Below, in pieces: positions 1 through 9,749 of a DNA stretch of 64,000 nucleotides. Source of the stretch: Candidatus Firestoneibacteriota bacterium. Lineage in GTDB: Bacteria > Oederibacteriota > D2-FULL-39-29. Location: the NCBI GenBank assembly GCA_903891415.1, contig CAITEH010000008.1:9960-73959 (forward strand). Direction: 5' to 3'. Both the position numbers and the translations under genes were made by a program. How positions within the stretch are numbered: the first letter of the stretch is position 1; every line of letters begins with the position of its first letter. The notes below the pieces were generated by a model that saw nothing but the letters and a program-made list of their open reading frames with translations, was not told the DNA's origin and ran no database searches.

Positions 1-1493
1 ATTTCAAAGATAAAGGCGAAATATATAAAGTCGAGCTTATAAACGAGCTCCCGGCTGAACAAACCATTTCAGTTTATGAACAGGGAGATTTTACGGATCT
101 TTGCAGGGGCCCGCATCTCCGGTATACAAAAGAGCTCAAGGCCTATAAACTTTTTTCTGCTACAGGCGCTTATTGGCGCGGCAGCGAGAAAAATAAAATG
201 CTTACGCGTATCTACGGAACGGCATTTGAAAGTAAAGAGGAACTGGAAGCTCATATAAAAAAACTTGAGGAAGCCCGGTCCAGAGATCATACAAAACTGG
301 GAAAAGAACTGGGGCTTTATGTGTTGAACCCGCTAATAGGGAAAGGTTTGCCTCTCTTTGCACCTAAAGGTGCTACTATTCTAAGAGAACTGCAGCGCTG
401 GATAGAAGATGAAGAGCTAAGACGGGGCTATCAGTATACCCGGACTCCGGTGCTGGCAAAGACAGAACTTTACAAAGTTTCCGGGCATCTGGACCATTAC
501 CGGGAAAAAATGTTTATTTTTAAAACCGATGAAAATGAAGAGATAGGCCTGCGCCCTATGACCTGTCCCCATCAATTCATGATCTATAAAGCGGAAACAA
601 GAAGTTACAGGGATCTGCCTCTCCGGTATGCGGAAACTTCCACGCTTTTTCGGAAAGAACTTTCCGGAGAACTGCATGGTTTGATCCGTATATGGCAGTT
701 TACGCTTTCAGAAGGGCATATTATCTGCCGTCCTGACCAGGTTGAGGAGGAGTTTGAAAAAGTACTTGCTTTGGTAAAATATGTAATGGCAACACTCGGT
801 TTTACCGATTACTATTATATGTTCGCAAAACACGACCCCGCAAATAAGGAAAAGTACATAGACAATCCAAAAGCCTGGACAGAATCTGAAGCCATGATGA
901 AAAAAATATTGGATAAAGAAAAGTTATCCTACCAGGAAAAAGAAGGCGAGGCGGCTTTTTACGGCCCAAAACTTGATGTTCAAATGAAAAATGTCTGGGG
1001 AAAAGAAGATACGATCTTTACCATTCAGATTGACTTTGCGTTACCGGAACGTTTTGATATGACTTATGTGGATAAGGATAATAAACAGGTGCGGCCTATG
1101 GTAATACACCGGGCTTCCATGGGTTGTTATGAACGGACCCTGGCATTATTAATAGAGAGATTTGCAGGTGTTTTTCCGACCTGGTTGTCTCCGGTCCAGG
1201 CAAAGGTATTGACCATTTCGGAGAAACAGCAGCCATATGCTGAAAAGATCACGGAAGAACTTTTACAGGCAGGGATAAGGGTTGAGAAAGATCTAAGTGC
1301 CGAAAAAATAGGCGCAAAAATTAGAAATGCCCGCCTGGAACGTGTTTCTTACATTCTGGTCATTGGCGAAAAAGAACAGGCAGAAAATAAAGTTGCCGTC
1401 AGGCGCCGCGGGGCCGAAGACCTGGGGCCTGTTGATTTTAAGACTTTCAAAGAAATGCTGCTGGACGAAATAAAAACTAAAAAATTACCGTAA
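1..1493 (+). CDS. thrS: threonyl-tRNA synthetase, 5'-truncated by the window edge (frame 3)
   Basis: The frame is open from nt 3 (FKDKGEIYKVELINE...GPHLRYTKELKAYKLFSATGAYWRGSEKNKMLTRIYGTAF). It continues into the class II core and a C-terminal anticodon-binding region (VLTISEKQQPYAEKI). Confidence 0.95.
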   Translation, partial: FKDKGEIYKVELINELPAEQTISVYEQGDFTDLCRGPHLRYTKELKAYKLFSATGAYWRGSEKNKMLTRIYGTAFESKEELEAHIKKLEEARSRDHTKLGKELGLYVLNPLIGKGLPLFAPKGATILRELQRWIEDEELRRGYQYTRTPVLAKTELYKVSGHLDHYREKMFIFKTDENEEIGLRPMTCPHQFMIYKAETRSYRDLPLRYAETSTLFRKELSGELHGLIRIWQFTLSEGHIICRPDQVEEEFEKVLALVKYVMATLGFTDYYYMFAKHDPANKEKYIDNPKAWTESEAMMKKILDKEKLSYQEKEGEAAFYGPKLDVQMKNVWGKEDTIFTIQIDFALPERFDMTYVDKDNKQVRPMVIHRASMGCYERTLALLIERFAGVFPTWLSPVQAKVLTISEKQQPYAEKITEELLQAGIRVEKDLSAEKIGAKIRNARLERVSYILVIGEKEQAENKVAVRRRGAEDLGPVDFKTFKEMLLDEIKTKKLP

Positions 1494-1612
1494 AAAGCGT
1501 CTGATTCTGAAAGCTCGCGGGGTGCTGATCTGTGACTTGCCGGCAAGAATTTAATTTATTGCCCGGTAACTTTGCTCCGGGAGCCAGTGCCTGATCCAAG
1601 GAGGTTCTTTGT

Positions 1613-2446
1613 ATGGCTTTATTTAAAAAAATAAAATTTGGTCATTCGTCAGAGAAAAATGTCGAAATTCCCGCGGGCCTCTGGAGCAAATGCGAGAATT
1701 GCAAAGAAATGATCTACTCAAAGCAGCTTGAAGAGAACCTGCGGGTATGTCCCAAATGCCAGCATCATTTGCGTATTAATGCCAAAGCCAGGATTAAACA
1801 TCTTATTGATGAAGGTACCTGGGAAGAAGAAAGCTCAAAATTGACTCCTGTTGATTTTCTGGATTTTCCGGAGTATAAAGATAAACTTAAAAAAGCCCAG
1901 GAAGCTACGGGTTTGGATGACGCTGTTTGTACCGGCATTGGGAAAATCTCCGGCTTCCCGGTGGCGCTGGGAGTTACGGATTCATTTTTCATGATGGGTT
2001 CCATGGGCTCCGTGGTCGGTGAAAAACTTACAAGACTTATTGAGCTTGCTATTAAGCGAAAACTTGGGGTAATAATAATTTCCTCTTCGGGCGGCGGAGC
2101 CAGGATGCATGAAGGTATTCTTTCCTTGATGCAAATGGCAAAAACCAGTGCGGCGCTAAAAAAACTGGCAGATGCCGGTTTGCCGTATATTGCGGTGTTG
2201 ACTGACCCGACAGGCGGAGGCGTTACTGCAAGTTTTGGAATGCTCGGGGACATAACCATTGCGGAACCCAACGCTCTTATCTGTTTCGCCGGTCCGCGGG
2301 TTATTGAGCAGACAATAAAACAAAAGCTTCCTAAAGGTTTTCAGCGTTCAGAATTTCTAAAAGAACACGGTTTTGTGGATCTGGTGGTAGAAAGAAAAGA
2401 TCTGAAAGATAATCTGGCGAAAATACTTAAATTCTTTAAAAATTAG
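1613..2446 (+). CDS. accD: acetyl-CoA carboxylase carboxyltransferase beta subunit
   Basis: N-terminal Zn ribbon (CENCKEMIY...CPKCQHHLRI) and carboxyltransferase core (GGARMHEGILSLMQMAKT). AGGAGG RBS lies upstream of the ATG. Confidence 0.93.
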   Translation: MALFKKIKFGHSSEKNVEIPAGLWSKCENCKEMIYSKQLEENLRVCPKCQHHLRINAKARIKHLIDEGTWEEESSKLTPVDFLDFPEYKDKLKKAQEATGLDDAVCTGIGKISGFPVALGVTDSFFMMGSMGSVVGEKLTRLIELAIKRKLGVIIISSSGGGARMHEGILSLMQMAKTSAALKKLADAGLPYIAVLTDPTGGGVTASFGMLGDITIAEPNALICFAGPRVIEQTIKQKLPKGFQRSEFLKEHGFVDLVVERKDLKDNLAKILKFFKN

Positions 2447-2489
2447 GTTATTTTAAAGTAATATTAACGGCCATTTTCCGGGGGACCAA

Positions 2490-3224
2490 ATGCAGGAAAC
2501 AGATATAACAGACATAGGAACAAGATTAAGTAAAGAAAGAGAAAACAAAGGCCTTACCTTTGAAAAGATCAGCGATGACCTGAAGATACAAAAAAAATAT
2601 TTGGAAGCAATAGAAAAAGGCAACTTTGATATCCTGCCGGGTGAAGTATATTTAAAAGTATTTTTAAAAGCATATGCCGATTACCTGGGCATAAACGGAA
2701 GGGAAATACTTGAAGAATATAAAAATATTAAAAGGGTCCCCGCGCGTATTGAACACGAATTTCTTATGCATCATCCTAAAATCCGTGATAAAAGAAAACG
2801 CTTTCCGGTGAAATTTGAATTTACCAGAGAAATGAAACTTGGTTCTCTTGTTTTACTGGGATTAATATTAACTATATTTATTATTTCAGGGATCAGAAGG
2901 TGTGCCGCGATGCCTCAACGGCCCGGTGCCGGTGCTCTTCTGGAAACTTCTAATATGCCGCGGCTTATACTTGAAGCTGATGTGACCGGGGACTGCTGGT
3001 TTGAAATTACAAAAGATAATGAAGCCCCTGTTAAGCGCATGTTAAGCGCGGGTTTTAAAGGTGAATGGACGGCAAATGAAGCTTTTTATGTTCTCGTCGG
3101 TGATAAGCAAAAAATAAAACTTACTTTCAACGGGAAAGAATACCCGATTGAAAACCTGAACGGGGATAATAAAGTCGTTACTTTAACTCTAAAAAGAGAG
3201 GAGAACAAAATAGATGGCAAATGA
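2490..3224 (+). CDS. rodZ: RodZ-like cytoskeleton protein (HTH, TM segment, DUF4115-like C-terminus)
   Basis: N-terminal XRE-type HTH (IGTRLSKERENKGLTFEKISDDLKIQKKYLEAIEKGNF), one TM segment, and a C-terminal beta-rich domain (CWFEITKDNEAP...KIKLTFNGKEY). Confidence 0.7.
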   Translation: MQETDITDIGTRLSKERENKGLTFEKISDDLKIQKKYLEAIEKGNFDILPGEVYLKVFLKAYADYLGINGREILEEYKNIKRVPARIEHEFLMHHPKIRDKRKRFPVKFEFTREMKLGSLVLLGLILTIFIISGIRRCAAMPQRPGAGALLETSNMPRLILEADVTGDCWFEITKDNEAPVKRMLSAGFKGEWTANEAFYVLVGDKQKIKLTFNGKEYPIENLNGDNKVVTLTLKREENKIDGK

Positions 3225-3711
3225 CAGCTCATTTGATATCGTTTCAAAGATAGATCTTCAGGAAACCGATAATGCGGTTAATCAGGCTGTGAAAGAGATC
3301 CAAACGCGTTTTGATTTTCGCGGAAGCAAGACAGAGATAACACTTTCTAAAGAAAAAAAAGAAATAATGATCGTCTCGGACGATGAATACAGGTTAAAGA
3401 TGGTGATAGATATACTGGAAAGTAAACTGATAAAACGGGGGATTTCCGGCAAAGCACTTTCGTACGGAAAAATCGAACCGGCGGCACAGATAACAGTAAG
3501 ACAGACCGCGAAACTTGTTGAAGGTATCGAGCAGGAAAAGGCGAAAGAGATCGTTAAAATGGTGAAAGAAATGGGTGTTAAAGTTAACGCTATTATCCAG
3601 GGGGATCAGTTAAGGGTAACCGGGAAGAGTAAAGACGATCTCCAGGCTGTTATGGCGGCACTCCGGTCCGGCTACACGAAGATACCGCTGCAATTCACAA
3701 ATTTTAAATAA
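3214..3711 (+). CDS. yajQ: YajQ family nucleotide / cyclic-di-GMP-binding protein (UPF0234)
   Basis: SFDIVSKIDLQETDNAVNQAVKEIQTRFDFRGS is the typical YajQ N-terminus. Length is 165 aa. Confidence 0.85.
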   Translation: MANDSSFDIVSKIDLQETDNAVNQAVKEIQTRFDFRGSKTEITLSKEKKEIMIVSDDEYRLKMVIDILESKLIKRGISGKALSYGKIEPAAQITVRQTAKLVEGIEQEKAKEIVKMVKEMGVKVNAIIQGDQLRVTGKSKDDLQAVMAALRSGYTKIPLQFTNFK

Positions 3712-3840
3712 AATAGCGGTTAAAACCGGGGTCCGGTCCTGTAAATTAAGGCAATTACAAATGACAAAACAAGACAGGGCTGCAAAGCTGTAACGGCCGG
3801 TGAAAGAGGTTAAAAATATTTAGAAGCAGGAGAGCTATAA

Positions 3841-4866
3841 GTGGATTATAAAGATTATTATAAAATATTGGGCGTTGACAAGAACGCTGAAGAAAAAGTA
3901 ATTAAGGATTCCTACCGGAAGCTTGCGAAAAAATATCATCCGGATTATAATCAAGGTGACAGAAAATCTGAAGAAAAATTCAAAGAAATCAACGAAGCCT
4001 ATGAAGTTCTTTCCGATAAAAGTAAAAGAGAGAAATATGATACTTTAGGTTCCAACTGGCAGCAATATTCCGAGCAACCGCCGGGCGGAGCCTATCAGGG
4101 AAGGGGCGGATTTACTTCGGATAATTTTGAGGAGAGTCCTTTTGGTGAAGGCGGGTTTTCCGAGTTTTTTAGCACATTTTTTGGCGGAGGGGAGAGGAAA
4201 AAAAATATCTTTGACCCGTATAGGAATTCCGAAGCTGAAGATATGCGACAGGGTGATATTGATGCTAAAATTGAGCTTGAGCTGAAAGATGCCTATTTGG
4301 GCGGTGAACGCACTTTTAAGTTATCGGTACAGGAGGAGTGCCTGAATTGCGGCGGAAGAGGAGTTCTGGGACGCAATCAGCCCTGTTCTGCCTGTTCCGG
4401 TAATGGAATAAACGTAAAAATGAAAAAATTAACCGTTAATATTCCTTCCTGCATTAAAGATGGTTCTAAAATAAGAATTGCCGGTCAGGGCAATAAAATT
4501 CGAAACGGAAAACATGGAGATCTTTATCTATTGGTGAAAATAAAACCGCATCATTTTTTTGAATTAGACGGTAATAATCTCTCCTGTGAAGTTCCTGTGA
4601 AAATAAGCGAGCTGGTGCTGGGTGCAGTTATAGAAATACCTACTTTTAAGAACAAAGTCACGATCAGGATACCTTCAGGAACCCAGAATGGCTCGGTTTT
4701 CCGCTTAAAAGGTATGGGCTTTTGCAGCCAAAAAGGGTCTGCCGGGGATCTAATGGTCAGGGTAAAGGTACAGCTTCCTAAAGAACTTTCTGAAAAACAA
4801 AAAGCACTTTATGAGGAATTGAAAAAAACAGAAAAAGAAGATCCCAGAAAAGGCATCTATCTTTAG
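3841..4866 (+). CDS. J-domain co-chaperone (DnaJ/CbpA family) with a short Cys-rich insert
   Basis: GTG start. J domain (DYYKILGV...KKYHPD), G/F-rich region, CLNCGGRG...CSACSGNG, and a DnaJ C-terminal beta domain. Confidence 0.85.
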   Translation: MDYKDYYKILGVDKNAEEKVIKDSYRKLAKKYHPDYNQGDRKSEEKFKEINEAYEVLSDKSKREKYDTLGSNWQQYSEQPPGGAYQGRGGFTSDNFEESPFGEGGFSEFFSTFFGGGERKKNIFDPYRNSEAEDMRQGDIDAKIELELKDAYLGGERTFKLSVQEECLNCGGRGVLGRNQPCSACSGNGINVKMKKLTVNIPSCIKDGSKIRIAGQGNKIRNGKHGDLYLLVKIKPHHFFELDGNNLSCEVPVKISELVLGAVIEIPTFKNKVTIRIPSGTQNGSVFRLKGMGFCSQKGSAGDLMVRVKVQLPKELSEKQKALYEELKKTEKEDPRKGIYL

Positions 4867-6072
4867 GTGAAGATGAATACCAAGCTTAAGATCATTTCAA
4901 ATTTAGACCGCGCAATATTAAGCCTTCTTGTATTGTATTGCCTGACCGCCGTAATATCCATATCCCTTTCGGAAATTGGTTATTTTGGGGCGTTCTTTGT
5001 CTGGCTGGTAAAAATTGCCTATACCGGAGAGCTTAATTTAAAGCGTACTCCGGCCGACCTGCCTTTTGTAATCTTTACGTTTTTAACGCTTTGCGCGGTT
5101 TTTATCGGCCTTGACGGTTTACCGGAATTGAGCAACAAATTTAAACCGCTGTCACTGATGCTGATGTTTCCGTTGGTTGTAAATAATGTAAAAGATAAAA
5201 AAACTGTATATTATTTATTTCTTTGCTTTTTTGTTTCAGGTTTGCTTCAGTCGGCGGTAATAATCTATAAAGGCTTTACTACAAAAAATCTGTCTTTGGG
5301 CCTGGGTATCGGCGGGACTATGAGTGTTACTCTGACCGCGGGTGAACTACTGGTTACTTTACTCGGAGCCGCGCTAAGTTTTTTTTGCTTTGATAAAGAT
5401 AAAAAGGTAAGAGCGCTTGCATTTTTTACATTGACCCTTGGTTTCATAGCACTGGCCTTTACACTGGCAAGGGGTGCGTGGGTTGCTTTTATCGGGGTGC
5501 TTCTTGTTTTTGCTTTCCTGGGCAGAAAAAAAATATTTGGAGCAGTTTTGCTGGCTTTAATACTTTTATTCTGTGGTTCTTATTATTTTAAGGATCATGT
5601 CGCAGGTAAAAAAATCTATTCTATTTTTAAATTGACCAGCGGGACAACACCGCAACGTTTCGCGATGTGGCGGAGCGGCCTCAGAATGGTGCAGGATCAT
5701 CCGCTGGGTGTGGGAATAGATAATGTAATAAAAAAATACAAAAATTATTGCGAGCCGGAAGAAAAAAACCGGATACGAGGCCATTTGCACAACAATTATT
5801 TGCAGATCGCCGTGGAAAGAGGTGTTTTTGCGCTGGCAGCCTTCCTTTGGCTGTTATATATTGTTGTGAAAACGGTATATTTGAACTATTTAAGAAGTAC
5901 AAATTATAGGGTGAAAGTGCTGTGCTGTTCTGTTCTTCTTGCGCTTACAGCTTTTATGGTGGCAGGAGTTTTTGAATATGGACTGGGGTCTGCCATCTAT
6001 GCTCCTTTTTTCTGGTTTTTAGCGGCTCTTGCCGTCATTATCCCGAAAATTCCGGAGGGGAAAGGCCTGTAG
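4867..6072 (+). CDS. O-antigen ligase family (Wzy_C-type) polytopic membrane protein
   Basis: About 10 predicted TM segments, with a RGAWVAFIG motif followed by a periplasmic loop (HLHNNYLQIAVERG) typical of WaaL/PglL-type enzymes. The start directly abuts the upstream stop codon. Confidence 0.7.
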   Translation: MKMNTKLKIISNLDRAILSLLVLYCLTAVISISLSEIGYFGAFFVWLVKIAYTGELNLKRTPADLPFVIFTFLTLCAVFIGLDGLPELSNKFKPLSLMLMFPLVVNNVKDKKTVYYLFLCFFVSGLLQSAVIIYKGFTTKNLSLGLGIGGTMSVTLTAGELLVTLLGAALSFFCFDKDKKVRALAFFTLTLGFIALAFTLARGAWVAFIGVLLVFAFLGRKKIFGAVLLALILLFCGSYYFKDHVAGKKIYSIFKLTSGTTPQRFAMWRSGLRMVQDHPLGVGIDNVIKKYKNYCEPEEKNRIRGHLHNNYLQIAVERGVFALAAFLWLLYIVVKTVYLNYLRSTNYRVKVLCCSVLLALTAFMVAGVFEYGLGSAIYAPFFWFLAALAVIIPKIPEGKGL

Positions 6073-6118
6073 TAAAAAAGCCTTCTATTTCGCGGAAAAT
6101 ACTACTTCTATAAAAACA

Positions 6119-6147
6119 TTGAAGTATAAGAAAAAATCACTTATAAT
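6119..6147 (+). promoter_or_regulatory. sigma70-like promoter TTGAAG-17nt-TATAAT; predicted +1 coincides with the GTG start at 6154
   Basis: TTGAAG at 6119-6124, 17-nt spacer, TATAAT at 6142-6147, then 6 nt to the GTG at 6154. No SD sequence lies in between. Confidence 0.4.
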
Positions 6148-6153
6148 CAATAG

Positions 6154-8163
6154 GTGGGGATTCTCAAGGGGAGAATAATTTCTGTTATTTCAGCGAAAGG
6201 AGGTTGCGGCTCGACCTTTATTTCGTTAAATCTTTCTGTTTGCCTGGCTTCGGCCGGAAAAACAGTCCTTCTGGATATTGAAGAAAATTCCACCTCGCTT
6301 ATGCTGAATCTTAAGTTTGATAAAGCAGCCGAAAAATTACTTGCCGCAAAACTTAATCCCGAAGCTTTTTCAAGCCTGCTGCCCGTGCATTCCTCCGGCC
6401 TGTACTGTTCGGTTCTTGATTCAAAAGATAAAGAATGCCTCAAAAATATAACAGATATCCTTGTTTGTGGTTTTCAAACAATCATTTTTGACGCGGGAAT
6501 ATTGTTTGAGGATGCCGGGTATTTACTGGAAGGTTCTGCTTTAATATTATTAGTGGTAAATCCGGATATAGTTTCTCTGAAGGCCGCAGAAAACACCCTG
6601 CTTAAACTTGCTTCTTTATATATCGAACCTGAAAAGATAGTAATAGTATTGAATAAAAATAACGCGGCAGCGGGAATAAATGAAGCTACTGTGGAAAAGA
6701 TGCTGGGTAAAAAGGTTATTTGTTCCGTACCTTTTGACCTTTCCTCCATGTCCTGCATTAATAGAGGCCAGCCCCTGGTAATTTCAGAGCCGGGATCTTT
6801 AGCTGCGGGTTCTATTAAAGCACTTTCTGAGTTTGTACTTAACCTGAAACCTTTTAATAAGGAAACAGTTTTACTAGCAGACAAGAAAACGGACGAGAAA
6901 ATTAAAGAGAAAGTCTATGCCTCGCTCTTAAAGGCCATGGAAAAGATGAATATCGAAATTGACAGTTTTATTGACCCCGGAAAAAAAGAGAAACTAAAAA
7001 TTAAAGTTCTAGAGATGCTGCAAACCATAATTGCTGCCGAGTTTATGGAGATAAAAAGCAAGGAAAAACGCGAATATCTGATAAAACTTATAATTCAAGA
7101 AGCGCTCGGGCTGGGCCCTTTGGAGGATCTTCTTAGCGATCCCCGGGTTACAGAAATTATGGTCAATGGCAAGGATCATGTTTATGTTGAGCGTGAGGGA
7201 AAGATAATTTTAACTGACAAAAAATTCCTTTCTAACAAACAACTCGCGGCCTGCATTGACCGTATTGTTGCGCCGGTCGGCAGGAGAATTGATGAGAGCG
7301 TTCCTCTGGTTGACGCAAGATTACCTGACGGTTCAAGGATAAATGCAATAATTCCGCCGCTCTCTTTAAAAGGCCCTTCGCTGACCATAAGGAAATTCTC
7401 TAGGGAGCGGTTAACCGTAGAGGATCTTATACGCTATGGTTCAATTACGGAAAAGGCCGCAGAATTTTTACGTCTTTGTGTACGCTCCAGAAAAAATATT
7501 GTAATCAGCGGGGGTACGGGCTCGGGTAAAACAACTCTACTTAATGTAATAGCTTCCTTTATCTCGGGAGAGGATAGAATAATCACTATAGAGGACTCCG
7601 CGGAATTAAATCTCCCGCAGGAACACGTGGTTACACTGGAAACCAGGCCGCCGAACACGGAAGGCAAAGGAGCCATAACGATCCGCGATCTCGTAAGAAA
7701 CACCTTAAGAATGCGCCCGGATAGAATAGTTATCGGAGAATGCAGGGGCGGAGAAGCTCTGGATATGCTTCAGGCAATGAACACCGGACATGACGGTTCA
7801 TTAACTACACTTCACAGCAACTCTCCAAGAGATACTCTTTCCAGGCTCGAAACGATGGTACTGATGTCCGGAATGAACCTGCCGCTTAGAGCTGTCCGGG
7901 AACAGATCGCCTCGGCAGTGGATGTAATAATCCACCAGGAACGTTTTAAGGATGGAACGAGAAAGATAACACATATAACTGAAGTAGCGGGGATGGAGGG
8001 GGAAATAATAGCTGTTCAGGATCTATTTATATTCAGGCGCTCACCTGATCTTAAGGACGGGAGTATAGGCGGCAGCCTTGTACCAAAAGGGATAATGCCG
8101 GGATTTATTAACGAAATATTATTGATTGAAAAAGCTTTTGACAGGACTATTTTCCGGGAATAA
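6154..8163 (+). CDS. fusion ATPase: TadZ/CpaE-like (ParA/MinD fold) N-domain plus CpaF/TadA-type secretion ATPase
   Basis: N-domain has ISAKGGCGSTF, a deviant Walker A lacking the GK[ST] lysine. C-domain has Walker A GGTGSGKTT, Asp box IITIEDSAEL, Walker B RPDRIVIGECRGGEA and His box TGHDGSLTTLHSN. Confidence 0.85.
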   Translation: MGILKGRIISVISAKGGCGSTFISLNLSVCLASAGKTVLLDIEENSTSLMLNLKFDKAAEKLLAAKLNPEAFSSLLPVHSSGLYCSVLDSKDKECLKNITDILVCGFQTIIFDAGILFEDAGYLLEGSALILLVVNPDIVSLKAAENTLLKLASLYIEPEKIVIVLNKNNAAAGINEATVEKMLGKKVICSVPFDLSSMSCINRGQPLVISEPGSLAAGSIKALSEFVLNLKPFNKETVLLADKKTDEKIKEKVYASLLKAMEKMNIEIDSFIDPGKKEKLKIKVLEMLQTIIAAEFMEIKSKEKREYLIKLIIQEALGLGPLEDLLSDPRVTEIMVNGKDHVYVEREGKIILTDKKFLSNKQLAACIDRIVAPVGRRIDESVPLVDARLPDGSRINAIIPPLSLKGPSLTIRKFSRERLTVEDLIRYGSITEKAAEFLRLCVRSRKNIVISGGTGSGKTTLLNVIASFISGEDRIITIEDSAELNLPQEHVVTLETRPPNTEGKGAITIRDLVRNTLRMRPDRIVIGECRGGEALDMLQAMNTGHDGSLTTLHSNSPRDTLSRLETMVLMSGMNLPLRAVREQIASAVDVIIHQERFKDGTRKITHITEVAGMEGEIIAVQDLFIFRRSPDLKDGSIGGSLVPKGIMPGFINEILLIEKAFDRTIFRE

Positions 8164-8232
8164 ATTGAGCAGTTGAAGAAGAGATGCTTTCGTGATAATA
8201 AAAATATTCAGTATTTTGTTATAAACCATACA

Positions 8233-8261
8233 TTGAAAGAAAGGCCATAATATTATACAAT
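8233..8261 (+). promoter_or_regulatory. sigma70-like promoter TTGAAA-17nt-TACAAT
   Basis: Hexamers at 8233-8238 and 8256-8261 in the 130-nt gap upstream of the 8294 gene. Confidence 0.35.
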
Positions 8262-8293
8262 ATATTTAATAGAGTGGTTTTCAGGAGGACATT

Positions 8294-9649
8294 ATGAAAA
8301 GGCCGTTTTATATTATTCTTACCGCTGCGTTAATATTTTCGGGAGTTTCACTTGCCGAAGAAACTGAGAAAAAAGCTGTCATAGGTTATCTTAAAGGCTC
8401 TGTAAAAGTGATTAAAAAAGGTGAAAATATTCCGGTGCCGGCAAGATTGGGAATGAGCGTGTCAGCGGGAGACAGGCTGGAAACGGGTCTTGACGGAAAA
8501 ACTGAATTAAAATTTGAGGATGGAGAGAACTTCCGAATCGGTGATAATTCTTCAGTAGTTATAGAAGAATTAAAGCAGCAGAATGGGACGGACAAGTCAA
8601 CGATGAAAGTAGTGTTCGGGCGCATCTGGATGAATATTAAGAAATCTCTGGATAGTAGTCCGAAAGAAAGCCGTCTTATCACTCGCAAAGTTACCGCGGC
8701 CGTAAAAGGAACTACCTACAGGGCGGATGTTGACAAGGACGGTGAAGCGGTCGTAAATGTCTATGACGGCACGGTTTCTGTTGATAAAGACGGGAAAGAG
8801 GAACTGGTTTCAAAACTTGAAAAAGTTTCTTCAAAAGACCTTCAAAAAGCAAAATTTGATGAAGCTGAAGATGCCAAAGATGAATGGGTAAAATGGAATA
8901 AAAACCGTGACAAACTGCGTGTAATGATAGTATTTACTGAAAGAAAAAATAAGGAACTTGCTGCTATTCCTATTTCTGAAGTTGTATTTGCGGAAGAGAT
9001 GCTTAAGAACTATCTTTATACGGTCATTGATCAGGCAGAGCTTAAGAATATAAGAGAATCTGAAAAATTAAAAGCTGCCGTTAAAGGTGATGCGGCGGCT
9101 GCCGCCGCGGCAGGCCTTGAGATCGGCGCGGATCTGGTAATTACAGGGCAGGTTGATACCGATGTTACAAAACCGGAGTTTCTTGCAGGTTGGTATAGCG
9201 GTGTGGCGGATATGACAGTTAAAGCGGTAAGATGTGATACGGCAGTTATGCTGGCAGCAAAAAATATTCAAACAAAAGCGCCGGAGATCACCGAACAGGC
9301 AGCAATGACCAACGCGATAAGAAAAGCTTCTATTAAACTGCTTGAGCAGATGAACGACCGCATCATTAAATCCTGGAAGAATGAAGCAGCAAAAGGTTCT
9401 TCAATGGACCTGGTCCTGATCGGTGCAAGTTTTGAGAACACGGAGGCCGTCAGACAGGCGCTAAGTTCAATTTCAGGCGTTAAAAATGTTAATCAGGTTT
9501 CTCTGGTCGCGAAAAGAGCGTTAATAACCTTGAATTTTGCGGGTGACAGTCTCGCTTTGGTTAATAAGATCCAGGAATTGAAGATAAAGGATCTGGCCCT
9601 TAACATCGTAGGCCTTTCTTTGAATAAAATTGAAATTGAAGTAAAGTAA
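8294..9649 (+). CDS. secreted FecR-domain protein with a CsgG/LpoB-like middle module and an unknown C-terminal domain
   Basis: Signal peptide, then a FecR-like region (GYLKGSVKVIKKG...LETGLDGKTELKFEDGENFRIGDNSSV...VKGTTYR). The middle module (LRVMIVFTE...IGADLVITGQVD) resembles periplasmic CsgG/LpoB/FlgO-type folds. Confidence 0.6.
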   Translation: MKRPFYIILTAALIFSGVSLAEETEKKAVIGYLKGSVKVIKKGENIPVPARLGMSVSAGDRLETGLDGKTELKFEDGENFRIGDNSSVVIEELKQQNGTDKSTMKVVFGRIWMNIKKSLDSSPKESRLITRKVTAAVKGTTYRADVDKDGEAVVNVYDGTVSVDKDGKEELVSKLEKVSSKDLQKAKFDEAEDAKDEWVKWNKNRDKLRVMIVFTERKNKELAAIPISEVVFAEEMLKNYLYTVIDQAELKNIRESEKLKAAVKGDAAAAAAAGLEIGADLVITGQVDTDVTKPEFLAGWYSGVADMTVKAVRCDTAVMLAAKNIQTKAPEITEQAAMTNAIRKASIKLLEQMNDRIIKSWKNEAAKGSSMDLVLIGASFENTEAVRQALSSISGVKNVNQVSLVAKRALITLNFAGDSLALVNKIQELKIKDLALNIVGLSLNKIEIEVK

Positions 9650-9687
9650 TGTTTTTTTTGAATAACTTTAATAAATATGCTAAAATA

Positions 9688-9728
9688 AAAGCGTTGTACC
9701 GCGAAAATGGTGCAGCGCTTTTGATTTT
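9688..9728 (+). terminator. rho-independent terminator
   Basis: 13-bp stem 9688-9700 / 9709-9721 (includes two G-U pairs), 8-nt loop, followed by TTTTGATTTT. Confidence 0.7.
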
Positions 9729-9749
9729 AAAGGCAAAAAGGAGGTAAAT

